DNA from: a bacterium
Lineage (GTDB): Bacteria; UBA8248; JACPRG01; G963555815
DNA: 64,000 nucleotides
NCBI GenBank assembly: GCA_963555815.3
Contig: CAUVWX020000001.1
Span: forward strand, 384,001-448,000
Direction: 5' to 3'
Part shown: one piece after another, positions 39,173 to 48,838 of the stretch
Position numbering within the stretch: the stretch's first letter is position 1
How the letters are laid out: each line of letters starts with the position of its first letter
The notes under the pieces: generated by a model
The model's input: the letters and a program-made list of their open reading frames with translations, nothing else
Database searches by the model: none
Told to the model about the DNA's origin: nothing
Position numbers and translations under genes: made by a program

Positions 39173-40921
39173 ATGAAGACTTACATCAGACTCCTTCGGT
39201 ACATGACAGCCTATTGGCGGCGCTTCGTCGTGGCCGTGATCTGCATGGCCTTTGTGGGAGCCCTCTCGACCGTCCCCGCCTTCTTCATGAAACAGGTCGT
39301 GGACGACCTCTTCATCGCCCAAAACGCATGGATGCTCGTTTTCCTCCCTCTGGTTATCCTCGTGACCTATCTGGCCAGGGGCATCTTCCTCTACGGCCAG
39401 ACCTATCTCATGTACTGGATCGGCCAGCGGGTCGTGATGGATGTGCGAAACGCCCTCTACCGCCACCTCCACAAATTGCCCCTCGCCTTCTTCGAACGAA
39501 AGGCGACGGGGGAGTTGATGTCGAAGCTCACCTACGACATCACCCTCATGCAGAAGGCCTCCTCCTCAGCCGTCCGGGACATGGGAAGACAGGGCTTCAC
39601 CCTCCTCTTCCTCCTCGGTCTTGCCTTCCACCGGGACCCCATCCTGGCAGGGGTCTTCATCCTTGTCCTTCCTCCCCTTGGCTTTCTCGTCGCGCGGATG
39701 GGAGCGAAGATCCGGCGGATCACGAGACAAAGTCAGCAACGGATGGGCGACATGAGCGCGATCATGAAGGAGGCCTTTAGCGGGGTCCGGGTGGTCAAGG
39801 CCTTCAACGCCGAAGATTACGAGATAGAACGCTTTCGCCGTTCCAACAAGCGGTTCTTCAACATCATCATGAAGGCCCAGCGGGTCCGGGCACTCTCCCA
39901 CCCCCTGGTGGAAGTCCTGGGAGGAATAGGGGCTGCACTCGTCTTGTGGTACGGCGGAACCCAGGTGATCAACGGCCTGAGGACCCCCGGAGAATTCGCC
40001 TCATTCCTGGTGGCCATTGGTCTCATCTACAGCCCCATTAAAAGCCTAACCCGGGTCTATCACACCCTTCAGGAGGGGATGGCGGCGTCGGACGAGGTCT
40101 TTGGCCTGATGGACGAGACCACCCACCTGCAACGGCCTGCCGGGGGTCGCCCTGCGCCCAAGCTAACCCGCGCCATCACCTTCGAAGGAGTCTCCTTCCA
40201 GTACCAGGACGCGCCGGTCCTGGAGGACATTAATCTGGAGATCCGGGCCGGAGAGACGGTGGGCCTGGTCGGAGAGAGCGGGGCCGGAAAGACCACCTTC
40301 CTGGACCTTCTCTTAGGCTTCTATCACCCAATCCGCGGGCGAATCCTGTGGGACGGGATCGACCTGAGGGAGCTCGACCCCATCTCACTGCGCAGCCAGA
40401 TAGGGGTCGTCACCCAACAGACGATCCTCTTCAATGAATCGATGGCGGGTAATATCGCCTACAATCTCCCCGACGTTTCCCCCGACCAGATAGAGGCGGC
40501 CGCCCGCGCCGCAAACGCCCACGGCTTCATCTCCGCCTTGCCCAGGGGATACGACACCGTCATCGGGGAGGACGGCGCGCTCATGTCCGGGGGAGAACGC
40601 CAGCGCGTGGCCATCGCCCGGACCCTTCTGAGAGACCCACCCCTTCTCCTCCTCGACGAGGCCACCTCGGCCCTGGATTCCAAGTCTGAGCGTGAGATCC
40701 AGGAAGCCCTGAACCACCTCATGGAGGGGCGAACGAGCGTCGTGGTGGCACACCGCCTCTCGACGATCCGACGGGCGGACCGCATCCTGGTCCTTCACCG
40801 GGGAAGGCTGGTCGAGGAAGGACCCCACGACTCCCTCATGGCCAAAGACGGGGTGTACCGAAAACTCTACGACCTTCAACGGCTGGAGGGGCCCCTTCAG
40901 CCCGCCGAGACGGGCCCCTGA
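39173..40921 (+). CDS. msbA: Lipid A export ABC transporter
   Basis: Six-TM domain plus GESGAGKT, MSGGERQR, DEATSALD, AHRLST; inside the LPS operon. Confidence 0.88.
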   Translation: MKTYIRLLRYMTAYWRRFVVAVICMAFVGALSTVPAFFMKQVVDDLFIAQNAWMLVFLPLVILVTYLARGIFLYGQTYLMYWIGQRVVMDVRNALYRHLHKLPLAFFERKATGELMSKLTYDITLMQKASSSAVRDMGRQGFTLLFLLGLAFHRDPILAGVFILVLPPLGFLVARMGAKIRRITRQSQQRMGDMSAIMKEAFSGVRVVKAFNAEDYEIERFRRSNKRFFNIIMKAQRVRALSHPLVEVLGGIGAALVLWYGGTQVINGLRTPGEFASFLVAIGLIYSPIKSLTRVYHTLQEGMAASDEVFGLMDETTHLQRPAGGRPAPKLTRAITFEGVSFQYQDAPVLEDINLEIRAGETVGLVGESGAGKTTFLDLLLGFYHPIRGRILWDGIDLRELDPISLRSQIGVVTQQTILFNESMAGNIAYNLPDVSPDQIEAAARAANAHGFISALPRGYDTVIGEDGALMSGGERQRVAIARTLLRDPPLLLLDEATSALDSKSEREIQEALNHLMEGRTSVVVAHRLSTIRRADRILVLHRGRLVEEGPHDSLMAKDGVYRKLYDLQRLEGPLQPAETGP

Positions 40922-41002
40922 CGTGGAAGCCTCCCCAGAAAGGGGCCGGAGAGATCGCCCCGTCGACATTCTCCCATCAGAACCCGACACCGCGAGGTAT
41001 CA

Positions 41003-42223
41003 ATGTGCCCCGAAGGGGGGACTCTCTCCATCGTCCAGCTCCTGAGCTGCCGTGGCTGGAGCTCGGACGCCTGGAACGCCCTTTCCCTGACCCGAGGGCT
41101 TCAGGATCGGGGCCACCGGGTCCTTCTGGTCTGCCGTCAGGGGAAGGGGGAGAACATTATCCGAAGGGCCTCCGCCGCCGGGATCCAGCGCATCCGCACC
41201 CTTTCCTTTAAGACCGGGTTTCGGCCCGGAGCTTGGTGGATGGACATCCGGGATCTCAGGCGCCTTTGTCTGGACGAAAGGGTCGAGATCATTCACGCCC
41301 ACCGGGGTCAGGAACACTGGCTCTCTGCGGCTGCCCTAAAACTCCCCGGCTATTCGGCCCCCTTTCGGCCCCGTCTCTTTCGAAGCCGCCACATCCTCCG
41401 ACCCGTCCAGGCCCACCTCCTGAACCGTTGGCTTTACAACGGCCCGACGGATCGAACCATCGCCGTCACGGATGAGATCCGAAGGCGATATCTCCGTTTC
41501 GGGGCGTTTCAGTCGGAGCGTTTCAGCGTCATCCCGGGAGGAGTGGATGGTCACGCCTTTCGCCCAGATCTCGACGGCAATACCCTCAGGAGATCTCTGG
41601 GGATTGGACCACAAGATGTGGCTGTAGGCATGGCGGCCAGCTTCATCCCCATCAAGGGCCATCTCCTGGCCCTGGAGGCCTTGGCCCTCGTCAGGCGCCG
41701 CGGCCTTCCGGTGGTCTACCTCCTTGCGTCCTCCGGGGGGGACGAGGAGAAGATCAAGAAGCGGGCCCAGGAGATGGATCTCTCCAAGTGGGTCCACTTC
41801 CTAGGCTACCAGGAGGACCTGCCCTCGGCCCTGGCGGCCACTGACGTGGGCCTTTTTGCCTCTCATCAGTCCGAGGGCACCAGCCGGGCCCTCCTGGAGT
41901 TCATGGCCATGGGAAGGCCCGTCGTGGCCACTGACGTCGGGTGCGTGCGGGAGCTCCTCGCCGACGGGGAGGAGGGGATTATTGTGCCGCCGAAAGACCC
42001 CGAGGCCATGGCCATGGCCCTTGAAAAACTCGCCCTGGACCTGGAGGGCCGCCGCCAGATGGGATCAGCCGCCCGAAGACGGGCCGAGCAGGATTATTCG
42101 CGGGACGTGATGGTGGATCGAATGGAGGCCCTCTACCGCCAGGTCCTCTCTCAGGGACGAGATCCCTCCTCGAGAACAGACAGATCCGCTTTCTCAGGCT
42201 TCGCCGGAGGATCTTCTCCGTGA
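41003..42223 (+). CDS. GT4 glycosyltransferase
   Basis: KGH, EGTSRALLE (EX7E), PVVATDVG. Confidence 0.88.
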   Translation: MCPEGGTLSIVQLLSCRGWSSDAWNALSLTRGLQDRGHRVLLVCRQGKGENIIRRASAAGIQRIRTLSFKTGFRPGAWWMDIRDLRRLCLDERVEIIHAHRGQEHWLSAAALKLPGYSAPFRPRLFRSRHILRPVQAHLLNRWLYNGPTDRTIAVTDEIRRRYLRFGAFQSERFSVIPGGVDGHAFRPDLDGNTLRRSLGIGPQDVAVGMAASFIPIKGHLLALEALALVRRRGLPVVYLLASSGGDEEKIKKRAQEMDLSKWVHFLGYQEDLPSALAATDVGLFASHQSEGTSRALLEFMAMGRPVVATDVGCVRELLADGEEGIIVPPKDPEAMAMALEKLALDLEGRRQMGSAARRRAEQDYSRDVMVDRMEALYRQVLSQGRDPSSRTDRSAFSGFAGGSSP

Positions 42224-43989
42224 GGGCCATCCTGGGGATCAACGACTCTCACTGTGCCACGGCCGCCCTACTGGTGGACGGACGCATTCTGGCCTGCGTC
42301 AGCGAGGAGCGCTTTACGAGAAAGAAAAATCAGGCGGGCTACCCCAAGCGGTCGGTCGAATATTGCCTTCGCTTTCTGTCTGGCGGGGCGAGCGGTCTCG
42401 ACGCCGTCGCCCTGGCGGGGCGTGAGGCCCTGGACCCAGGTTGGTACGAACGTTTCCTGAGAGACGAGACCTTCATGGACGACTACCTGGGGGTCCACGA
42501 CTCTGGGCCTTTTCACGCCGTGTCCCGAAAGGTTCGGCGCTTTGCGCATCGGGTGGGACTCGCCGATGCCCACAGGGAAAAACGGTCCCTTTCCCCCGAA
42601 ACCCGCGTTCAGGGTGTCTGCGCCCATCTCGAGATACCGCCTCAACGGGTCCACTTCGTCGAGCATCACCTCTGCCATGCCGCCGCCGCCTATTTCGCCT
42701 CCCCTTTTAACCGGGAGCCCGCCTTAGTCTTCACCAATGACAACGCCGGGGACGGGGTCTGCGCCTCCGTCAACGAGGCGGGACCGGAGGGCCTCCGCCG
42801 CCTCTCGGCCTCCAGGAGCGCCGAGGGCTCTCTGGGGAGTTTTTATTCTCTCGTGACGTCCTACCTCGGGATGCGTCAGCTGGAGCATGAGTACAAGGTG
42901 ATGGGACTCGCCCCTTACGCCCCAGAATGGGGCCGCCGAAAATCCTACGCCGTCTTCAAGGAGATGATGGAATTGGTCGAGGCGGGGGCCCCTCAGTTTC
43001 GATGGAGGGTCCGTGGACGCCGATTCCGCCACCTCATGGAACACCTGGCTCGGCACCGTTTCGACTGGGTGGCGGCAGGGGCTCAAGAGTTCCTTGAGGA
43101 GACGCTCGTGGCCTGGGTCCAATCCGCCCTAAGAGGAGAGACCCGGATCGCCCTGGGGGGTGGCGTCTTCATGAACGTGAAGGCGAACAAGCGGCTCAGT
43201 GAGCTACCCGAGGTGGCGGATCTCTTCGCAATGCCGAGTTGCGGGGATGAGTCAAACGCCATCGGGGCTGCCTACGAGCTCTACCATGAAGGCCGGCTGG
43301 CGTCCCCCGCCGACGAGAAACCCCCACCCATCGATCCGCTGGGTTCGCTCTATCTCGGCCCAGAGTCTTCCGACGAGGAGGTCGAGAATTTTTGTCGTCA
43401 GGGGCGTCTCGAACAGAGGTATCGGATCCGGCTCTGTGAGGACATCGAGGCGGTCGCCGCTGAGCTGCTTGAGCGGGACGGCGTGGTGGCGCGGGTTGCG
43501 GGTCGGATGGAGTTTGGCGCTCGCGCCCTCGGAAACCGCTCTATCCTGGCCGACCCGCGCGATGTCCGCCTCACCCGCCAGATTAACCGCATGATCAAGA
43601 GACGGGATTTTTGGCTCCCCTTCGCCCCAACTATCCTGCGGGAAAGGGCAGAGGACTACCTGGAAAACCCGAAGGGCCTGGGCTCACCCCACATGATGTT
43701 GACCTTTGACAGTCGTCCCCTGGGGCAGACGGCCCTGGCGGCGGCCATCCACCCTGAAGACGGGACCCTACGACCCCAGATTCTCGACCCAGGGATAAAC
43801 CCCCGCCTTGAGCGTCTCATCCACGCTTTTCAGTCGCGGACGGGCGTGGGAGCCGTTCTGAACACCTCGTTCAATCTCTCTGGGGAACCTATTGTGAACT
43901 CGCCCCAGGACGCCCTGGACGCCTTCGACCGCTCGCACCTGCCCCATCTCATTTTGGAGAACCTTCTCATCAGTAAAAAGGGTGTTTGA
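42220..43989 (+). CDS. NodU/CmcH-family O-carbamoyltransferase
   Basis: EERFTRKK, HHLCHA, EYKVMGLA, GGVFMNVK, EFGARALGNRSI, LNTSFN. Confidence 0.93.
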   Translation: MRAILGINDSHCATAALLVDGRILACVSEERFTRKKNQAGYPKRSVEYCLRFLSGGASGLDAVALAGREALDPGWYERFLRDETFMDDYLGVHDSGPFHAVSRKVRRFAHRVGLADAHREKRSLSPETRVQGVCAHLEIPPQRVHFVEHHLCHAAAAYFASPFNREPALVFTNDNAGDGVCASVNEAGPEGLRRLSASRSAEGSLGSFYSLVTSYLGMRQLEHEYKVMGLAPYAPEWGRRKSYAVFKEMMELVEAGAPQFRWRVRGRRFRHLMEHLARHRFDWVAAGAQEFLEETLVAWVQSALRGETRIALGGGVFMNVKANKRLSELPEVADLFAMPSCGDESNAIGAAYELYHEGRLASPADEKPPPIDPLGSLYLGPESSDEEVENFCRQGRLEQRYRIRLCEDIEAVAAELLERDGVVARVAGRMEFGARALGNRSILADPRDVRLTRQINRMIKRRDFWLPFAPTILRERAEDYLENPKGLGSPHMMLTFDSRPLGQTALAAAIHPEDGTLRPQILDPGINPRLERLIHAFQSRTGVGAVLNTSFNLSGEPIVNSPQDALDAFDRSHLPHLILENLLISKKGV

Positions 43990-44001
43990 GAGACAAAAAG
44001 A

Positions 44002-45252
44002 ATGACTTCTTCTGTCCCTGACCTCCCCCTGAAGATCGCCCTCATTCGGGCGAACGTCCACCGGCGAGGGGGCGTGGAGCGCTACGTCCTGAGTCTCGCC
44101 AATGACCTCTCGCGGCGGGGCCATGAGGTCCACGTCTTCGCCAGAAACTGGGAAGATCTTTTGCCGACCGTCATCTGCCATCCAGTCCCGCGCATCGGCG
44201 GCCTCTCCTCCCTCAAGGTCTTGTCTTTCGCGTGGGGGGTCCGACGCGCCCTCCGCGGGGAGTCCTTTGATATCGTCCATGGCTTCGACCGGACCCTCGT
44301 TCAGGACATCTACCGGGCCGGTGAGGGCTGCCATCGGCAGTGGCTTCGGGTCTCGGGACAATATTTAGGCCCTCTCAGGGGATGGCTGAGACGCCTGAAC
44401 CCTCTTCACTTCCTCCACCTCTTTATCGAGAGACGGATCTTTGGTGGCTGCCGAAAGATCGTCGCCATCTCCCGCCGGGGCCAAGAAGAGATCCTGAATC
44501 TCTACAAGGTCCCCCCTGAGGATGTGATCCTGATTTACAACGGCGTGGACGGGCAAGAATTCTCTCCTCCACAAGGAGAGGACGAGAAGGCCTCCCTTCG
44601 CCGGTCTCTTGGCATCTCCCCACACGACCTCGTTCTCCTCTTCGTGGGAACCGGCTTTTTCCGAAAGGGTTTTTCGGCCCTCCTCGCGGCGCTCCGGGCC
44701 CTTCAAAGAGAACGCCCGGAGATAAAACTCCTGGTGGCCGGCCGGGGGGGAAGGGGTTACAACGGGACGGTCCGACGCCTTGGGCTAAAGGGGGCTGTCC
44801 TCTTCCTTGGGGACACCGTGCGAACGGCCGACCTCTACCGGGCGGCTGACCTTTTCGTCCTCCCGACCCTGTACGAGCCTTTCGGGACGGCGTGCCTGGA
44901 AGCCCTGGCGAGTGGTCTTCCGGTCATCGTGAGCGCAATGAGCGGGGCCAGCGAGATCCTGACGGACAGTGTGGACGGCCTCATCCTGGAAGACCCAAAC
45001 GACCCGGAGGCCATCGCGGCCAAGGTACAGCTTCTCTTTGACCCCGAAGTGAGAAGGAAGATGGGGACCGCCGCGAGAAGACTGTCGGAGAATTTTAGTG
45101 TCACCGCCAACACGGATCGCACCATAGCGGTCTACCGGACCGTATTGGAAAGCCTGAAGGGGGGGATCTCGGGCGCCCCAAAAGAGCCACGAGGAGGGGA
45201 GTCACCATGGGAAGAGTCGTCCATGTCCCGAAGCGGAACCTCAAGTGCTTAG
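44002..45252 (+). CDS. GT4 glycosyltransferase (WaaG-like)
   Basis: GGVERY, DIYRAGEGCH, RKG, YEPFGTACLEA. Confidence 0.88.
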   Translation: MTSSVPDLPLKIALIRANVHRRGGVERYVLSLANDLSRRGHEVHVFARNWEDLLPTVICHPVPRIGGLSSLKVLSFAWGVRRALRGESFDIVHGFDRTLVQDIYRAGEGCHRQWLRVSGQYLGPLRGWLRRLNPLHFLHLFIERRIFGGCRKIVAISRRGQEEILNLYKVPPEDVILIYNGVDGQEFSPPQGEDEKASLRRSLGISPHDLVLLFVGTGFFRKGFSALLAALRALQRERPEIKLLVAGRGGRGYNGTVRRLGLKGAVLFLGDTVRTADLYRAADLFVLPTLYEPFGTACLEALASGLPVIVSAMSGASEILTDSVDGLILEDPNDPEAIAAKVQLLFDPEVRRKMGTAARRLSENFSVTANTDRTIAVYRTVLESLKGGISGAPKEPRGGESPWEESSMSRSGTSSA

Positions 45253-45384
45253 GGAGAAGCAGAGGTTGAAACGGATCTTTGGGCCCTCTTTTTCATCCTC
45301 GCCCTCGTCGTTCTGGCTTTCCTTGTCTACGATCGAGGGGATCGACGAGGCCTTCTCGAGCAGGCCCTTCGGGGCGAGGCAGAG

Positions 45385-46077
45385 ATGATCGACCTCACCC
45401 ATCCGCTCAGCGAAGAAACGGTCTATTGGCCCGGCGGGATCCCCTTCCGGAAAGAGATGCTGGCCGACTACTCCCAGGGCTTTCGGATGTTCAAATTCGA
45501 GATGGGAGAAAATGTGGGGACCCACGTGGACGCCCCCGCCCATTTCGTTCCAGGGGCACCGACGATTGACCAGATCCCCCTCCGCCACCTGGTGGCCCCC
45601 GCCGCCGTCGTGGACGTCAGTACTAAAGTGGAGAAAGATGCCGACTATCGCCTCACCGTGGATGACCTTCGGGCCTGGGAGGAGAGAAACGGGGCAATCC
45701 CCTCAGGCACCCTCGTCCTCATGCGGACAGGATGGGGGAAACGGGCGGGAGACCTGGCGCAATACCGGAACATGGACGAGGGGAAGACGATGCATTTCCC
45801 GGGATTCTCTGGAGAAGCGGCGGAGTTTCTGACAAAGGAGAGGGACATCGTCGGGATCGGGATCGACACCCTGAGTTTGGACTACGGTCCCTCGAAGAAT
45901 TTTATCGTCCATCAGGTCATGCTGGGGGCCACCAAGTACCAAATCGAGAACCTGGCCAACCTGGAGCGGCTTCCCGAAAAGGGCGCGGTCCTCATCGTGA
46001 TGCCCCTCAAGGTCAAGGACGGAACCCAGGCCGAGGGCCGCCTGATCGCCTTGGTCCCAAAGCGCAGGCGGTTCTGA
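45385..46077 (+). CDS. Cyclase / kynurenine-formamidase family metal hydrolase; N-terminal anchor probably detached by a frameshift
   Basis: IDLTHP, GTHVDAPAHF, FPG, GIDTLSLD, IENL. Confidence 0.88.
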   Translation: MIDLTHPLSEETVYWPGGIPFRKEMLADYSQGFRMFKFEMGENVGTHVDAPAHFVPGAPTIDQIPLRHLVAPAAVVDVSTKVEKDADYRLTVDDLRAWEERNGAIPSGTLVLMRTGWGKRAGDLAQYRNMDEGKTMHFPGFSGEAAEFLTKERDIVGIGIDTLSLDYGPSKNFIVHQVMLGATKYQIENLANLERLPEKGAVLIVMPLKVKDGTQAEGRLIALVPKRRRF

Positions 46078-46107
46078 AGAGACACCGTCCCCTGAGCGTT
46101 TTTTGCC

Positions 46108-47235
46108 ATGCGAACTCTCCTTTGCGCTAACGCCTATCCCCCAAGCCCTGGAGGAATCCAGACCTACGCCTATGAGATGGCGCGCCACCTCTCCCGCCTG
46201 GGAGAGGAGGTCAATGTCCTGGCCCGCTCCAGGGTCAAGAGGTGGGAGGGGGACAAGACAACGGGGGTGAATGGGATCGTTCGATGTCGAACAAAGCCGG
46301 GCCTTTGCGCGAGGTTCTTCGACTCCCTGTGGCGTCACGACACCGAGCTCATTTTCATCACCCACCGGGCGAACTTTCTGTCATGGGCCCTCGCGGCAAA
46401 GCGCGGAAGGCCGAGACTTCGGGTCGTTGTCACCCTTCACGGGAACGAGGTCTATGGCCGCCCTGATCTCCCCCGCCTGATCTCTCAGGTCAACCGGGCG
46501 GACGGCGTCTTGACGGTGAGCCAATATGCAGCCGAGCGTCTCTCCCGGCTCGGGGTCCACCGCGAAATCCTCCACGTCGTCCCGAACGGGGTGGACCCCC
46601 AAAGATTCTCACCAAAGACAGAGGGGGGGTCCACACGGGCCCGCCTCGGGCTCAACGACCGCCCCATCCTCCTCTCGATGGGCCGTCTGGTCCCCTTCAA
46701 GGCCTATGACCAGGTCCTGCGGGCCCTTCCCGCCATCCTGGCCGAGGTGCCAGACGCGATATACCTCGTCGTCGGCGAAGGTCCCCAGGCCGCACCCCTT
46801 CGCCGGCTGGCCGAGGAACTCCAGGTGGAAAATCATGTTCGCTGGCATCCGGCGGTCCCCTACGACGCCCTGGGCCATCCGCCGCACGCCTATTACAATG
46901 CAAGCCACCTCCTGGTGGGCCCAAGCCGCATCGACCCCAAGACGGAGGATATCGAGGCTTTTGGGATCGTCTTTCTGGAAGCCGCCGCCTGTGGAAAGCC
47001 CGTCGTGGCCGGGCGCTACGGGGGTGGGGCGGAGGCCGTCGTCGACGGAGAGACCGGCTTCGTCGTGGAATCAGAAGATCCCCAGGCCATCGCCCGGGCC
47101 GTCATCCGGCTCTTGAAAGATGAGGACCTCGCCCGCAAGATGGGGGAGGCGGGCCGAAGAAGAGTCGAGACTTCCATGAACTGGGGAGCCTGCGCCGAAA
47201 GGACGTTGAAGATTGTGAAGCAAGTGAAAGGATGA
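46108..47235 (+). CDS. GT4 glycosyltransferase (PimB'-like)
   Basis: PP..GGIQTY, NGVD, EAFGIVFLEA. Confidence 0.88.
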   Translation: MRTLLCANAYPPSPGGIQTYAYEMARHLSRLGEEVNVLARSRVKRWEGDKTTGVNGIVRCRTKPGLCARFFDSLWRHDTELIFITHRANFLSWALAAKRGRPRLRVVVTLHGNEVYGRPDLPRLISQVNRADGVLTVSQYAAERLSRLGVHREILHVVPNGVDPQRFSPKTEGGSTRARLGLNDRPILLSMGRLVPFKAYDQVLRALPAILAEVPDAIYLVVGEGPQAAPLRRLAEELQVENHVRWHPAVPYDALGHPPHAYYNASHLLVGPSRIDPKTEDIEAFGIVFLEAAACGKPVVAGRYGGGAEAVVDGETGFVVESEDPQAIARAVIRLLKDEDLARKMGEAGRRRVETSMNWGACAERTLKIVKQVKG

Positions 47236-48470
47236 AAAAAAGATTTAAGGCGGTCTTTCTTGGCCAGGGGGAGCGTCTACCCCTTCGGGTGAGCCAGGGA
47301 GCCCTGGTGGGGTTTCTCGTCCTGGACCCTTTCTCCATCAGCCTCGCCCAAATCTGCGTCACCATCGGGGTCTTGGCCGCTGCGGCCGATCTCATCCTCT
47401 CCCGCCGCGAGAACGCAAAATTTTCGCCTCAGTGGCCCCTCTGGCTTCCCTTCTCAGTCTTCGTGGTGATTACCGTTCTCTCAGCCCTCCTTTCACAGGA
47501 TGTCGTTAGAAGTTTCATGGACACAAAGCAGCTCCTTGAGATCTTGATTCTTTACTGGGCCCTTCGGGCCATCCCGGCATTCGGACGGGCGCGCCTCCTG
47601 GTCCAGCTCCTCATTCTCGCGGCTGGGGTGATGGTCATCGTGGGCCTCTTTCAGTTCGCTCTCTCGGAAGGCCGCCCCCTGGCGCGGCGGCCTTCTGGGA
47701 CATTGAGCATCTATCAGACCTTCTCCGGCATCCTGGTCATCGTGACCCTCCTCTCCCTCTCCCAAGCCCTCAGCCGGACTGCGTCCCCTCGGGAGAGGTG
47801 GTTCGCAGGGGGGGCGACCCTTCTCCTGATCCTGGGTCTCCTCTTCAGTCTCACCCGAGGGGCATGGGTGGGGTTTGGGGCAGGCGTCATCCTCCTCCTC
47901 ATCCTTCAGCGGAGGGCCCGCTGGCTCTGGGTCCTCCCGGCCATCATTGCCCTCCTCTTGCTGGCGGGACCCCGGGAGCTTCGGGTGAGACTCCAGCACA
48001 CGGTCCTCTTTAACGAGGAGGCCTCGGGGGAGAGGGTCCTCATGTGGAAGGCCGGGCTGCAGATGGCGAGAGAATTTCCCGTCTTGGGGGTGGGGACAGA
48101 TATGGTGAAACCCCTCTACCCGGACTACCGGCTTCCCGGGGCTAAGCGGCCAACCGTAGGCCACCTCCATAACAGCCCCCTTCAGGTGACCGTCGAGCGG
48201 GGAACCCTCGGCCTCGCCGCCTGGATCTGGATCTGGGTTTCCTTCTTCGCCCTGGGGACAAAAACTCTCAAAAATCTTCCGAAAGGCCCTGAATACGAGA
48301 TGGGGACCGCGAGCCTGTCGGCAGTGGCGGCCTTCCTGACGGCAGGCCTCTTTGAATACAACTTTGGGGACTCCGAGGTGGTGATGCTCATTTACTTCGT
48401 GATGGCCCTTCCCTTCATCGCTCAAAGGCACACGCCCGCCAAGCCGGGGCAGAGGGTGCCTCTCTCCTGA
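47232..48470 (+). CDS. waaL: O-antigen ligase family protein
   Basis: Many TMs, TRGAW, R..MW..G, GVG, HLHN, FGDSE. Confidence 0.85.
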   Translation: MKKRFKAVFLGQGERLPLRVSQGALVGFLVLDPFSISLAQICVTIGVLAAAADLILSRRENAKFSPQWPLWLPFSVFVVITVLSALLSQDVVRSFMDTKQLLEILILYWALRAIPAFGRARLLVQLLILAAGVMVIVGLFQFALSEGRPLARRPSGTLSIYQTFSGILVIVTLLSLSQALSRTASPRERWFAGGATLLLILGLLFSLTRGAWVGFGAGVILLLILQRRARWLWVLPAIIALLLLAGPRELRVRLQHTVLFNEEASGERVLMWKAGLQMAREFPVLGVGTDMVKPLYPDYRLPGAKRPTVGHLHNSPLQVTVERGTLGLAAWIWIWVSFFALGTKTLKNLPKGPEYEMGTASLSAVAAFLTAGLFEYNFGDSEVVMLIYFVMALPFIAQRHTPAKPGQRVPLS

Positions 48471-48640
48471 GCCAGCGCTTGCAGATTTGTGCTGTTTCTT
48501 ATATATTTACCAGTAACACTAACGGAGGGATTGTGGCAGTGGAAGGCAACCACCGAGGGCCCGCACGCACACAGGGGTCGAACTCGGATTTGCCAAGCCC
48601 CGACCAAATTCCACCGAATTTCCTGGCTTCATCCTGAAAT

Positions 48641-48668
48641 TTGTTTGACACGATTTTTTTGGTATAAT
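48641..48668 (+). promoter_or_regulatory. Promoter with extended -10 for the multicopper oxidase operon
   Basis: TG-G-TATAAT at 48660-68; TTGTTT 16 nt upstream of the -10. Confidence 0.6.
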
Positions 48669-48838
48669 CATACCCTTTTCAGGAGAGTTGACAGCTGCTT
48701 TCGAGGAGCTCACGGACAGTGGGAGGCCACCGCCACATTTCCCTCTTGCCGTCCCGGCGTCGAGTCGGTGATTGTGGCTCGATTGCATGGCTGCGAAGCC
48801 ATTGAGACCGGTCTAGTCTGAGGAGTGAGAGGAAAACC

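Noticed and set aside
48645..48668. Perfect TTGACA and TATAAT pair
   Set aside because: The spacer is only 12 nt; the extended -10 is the better reading
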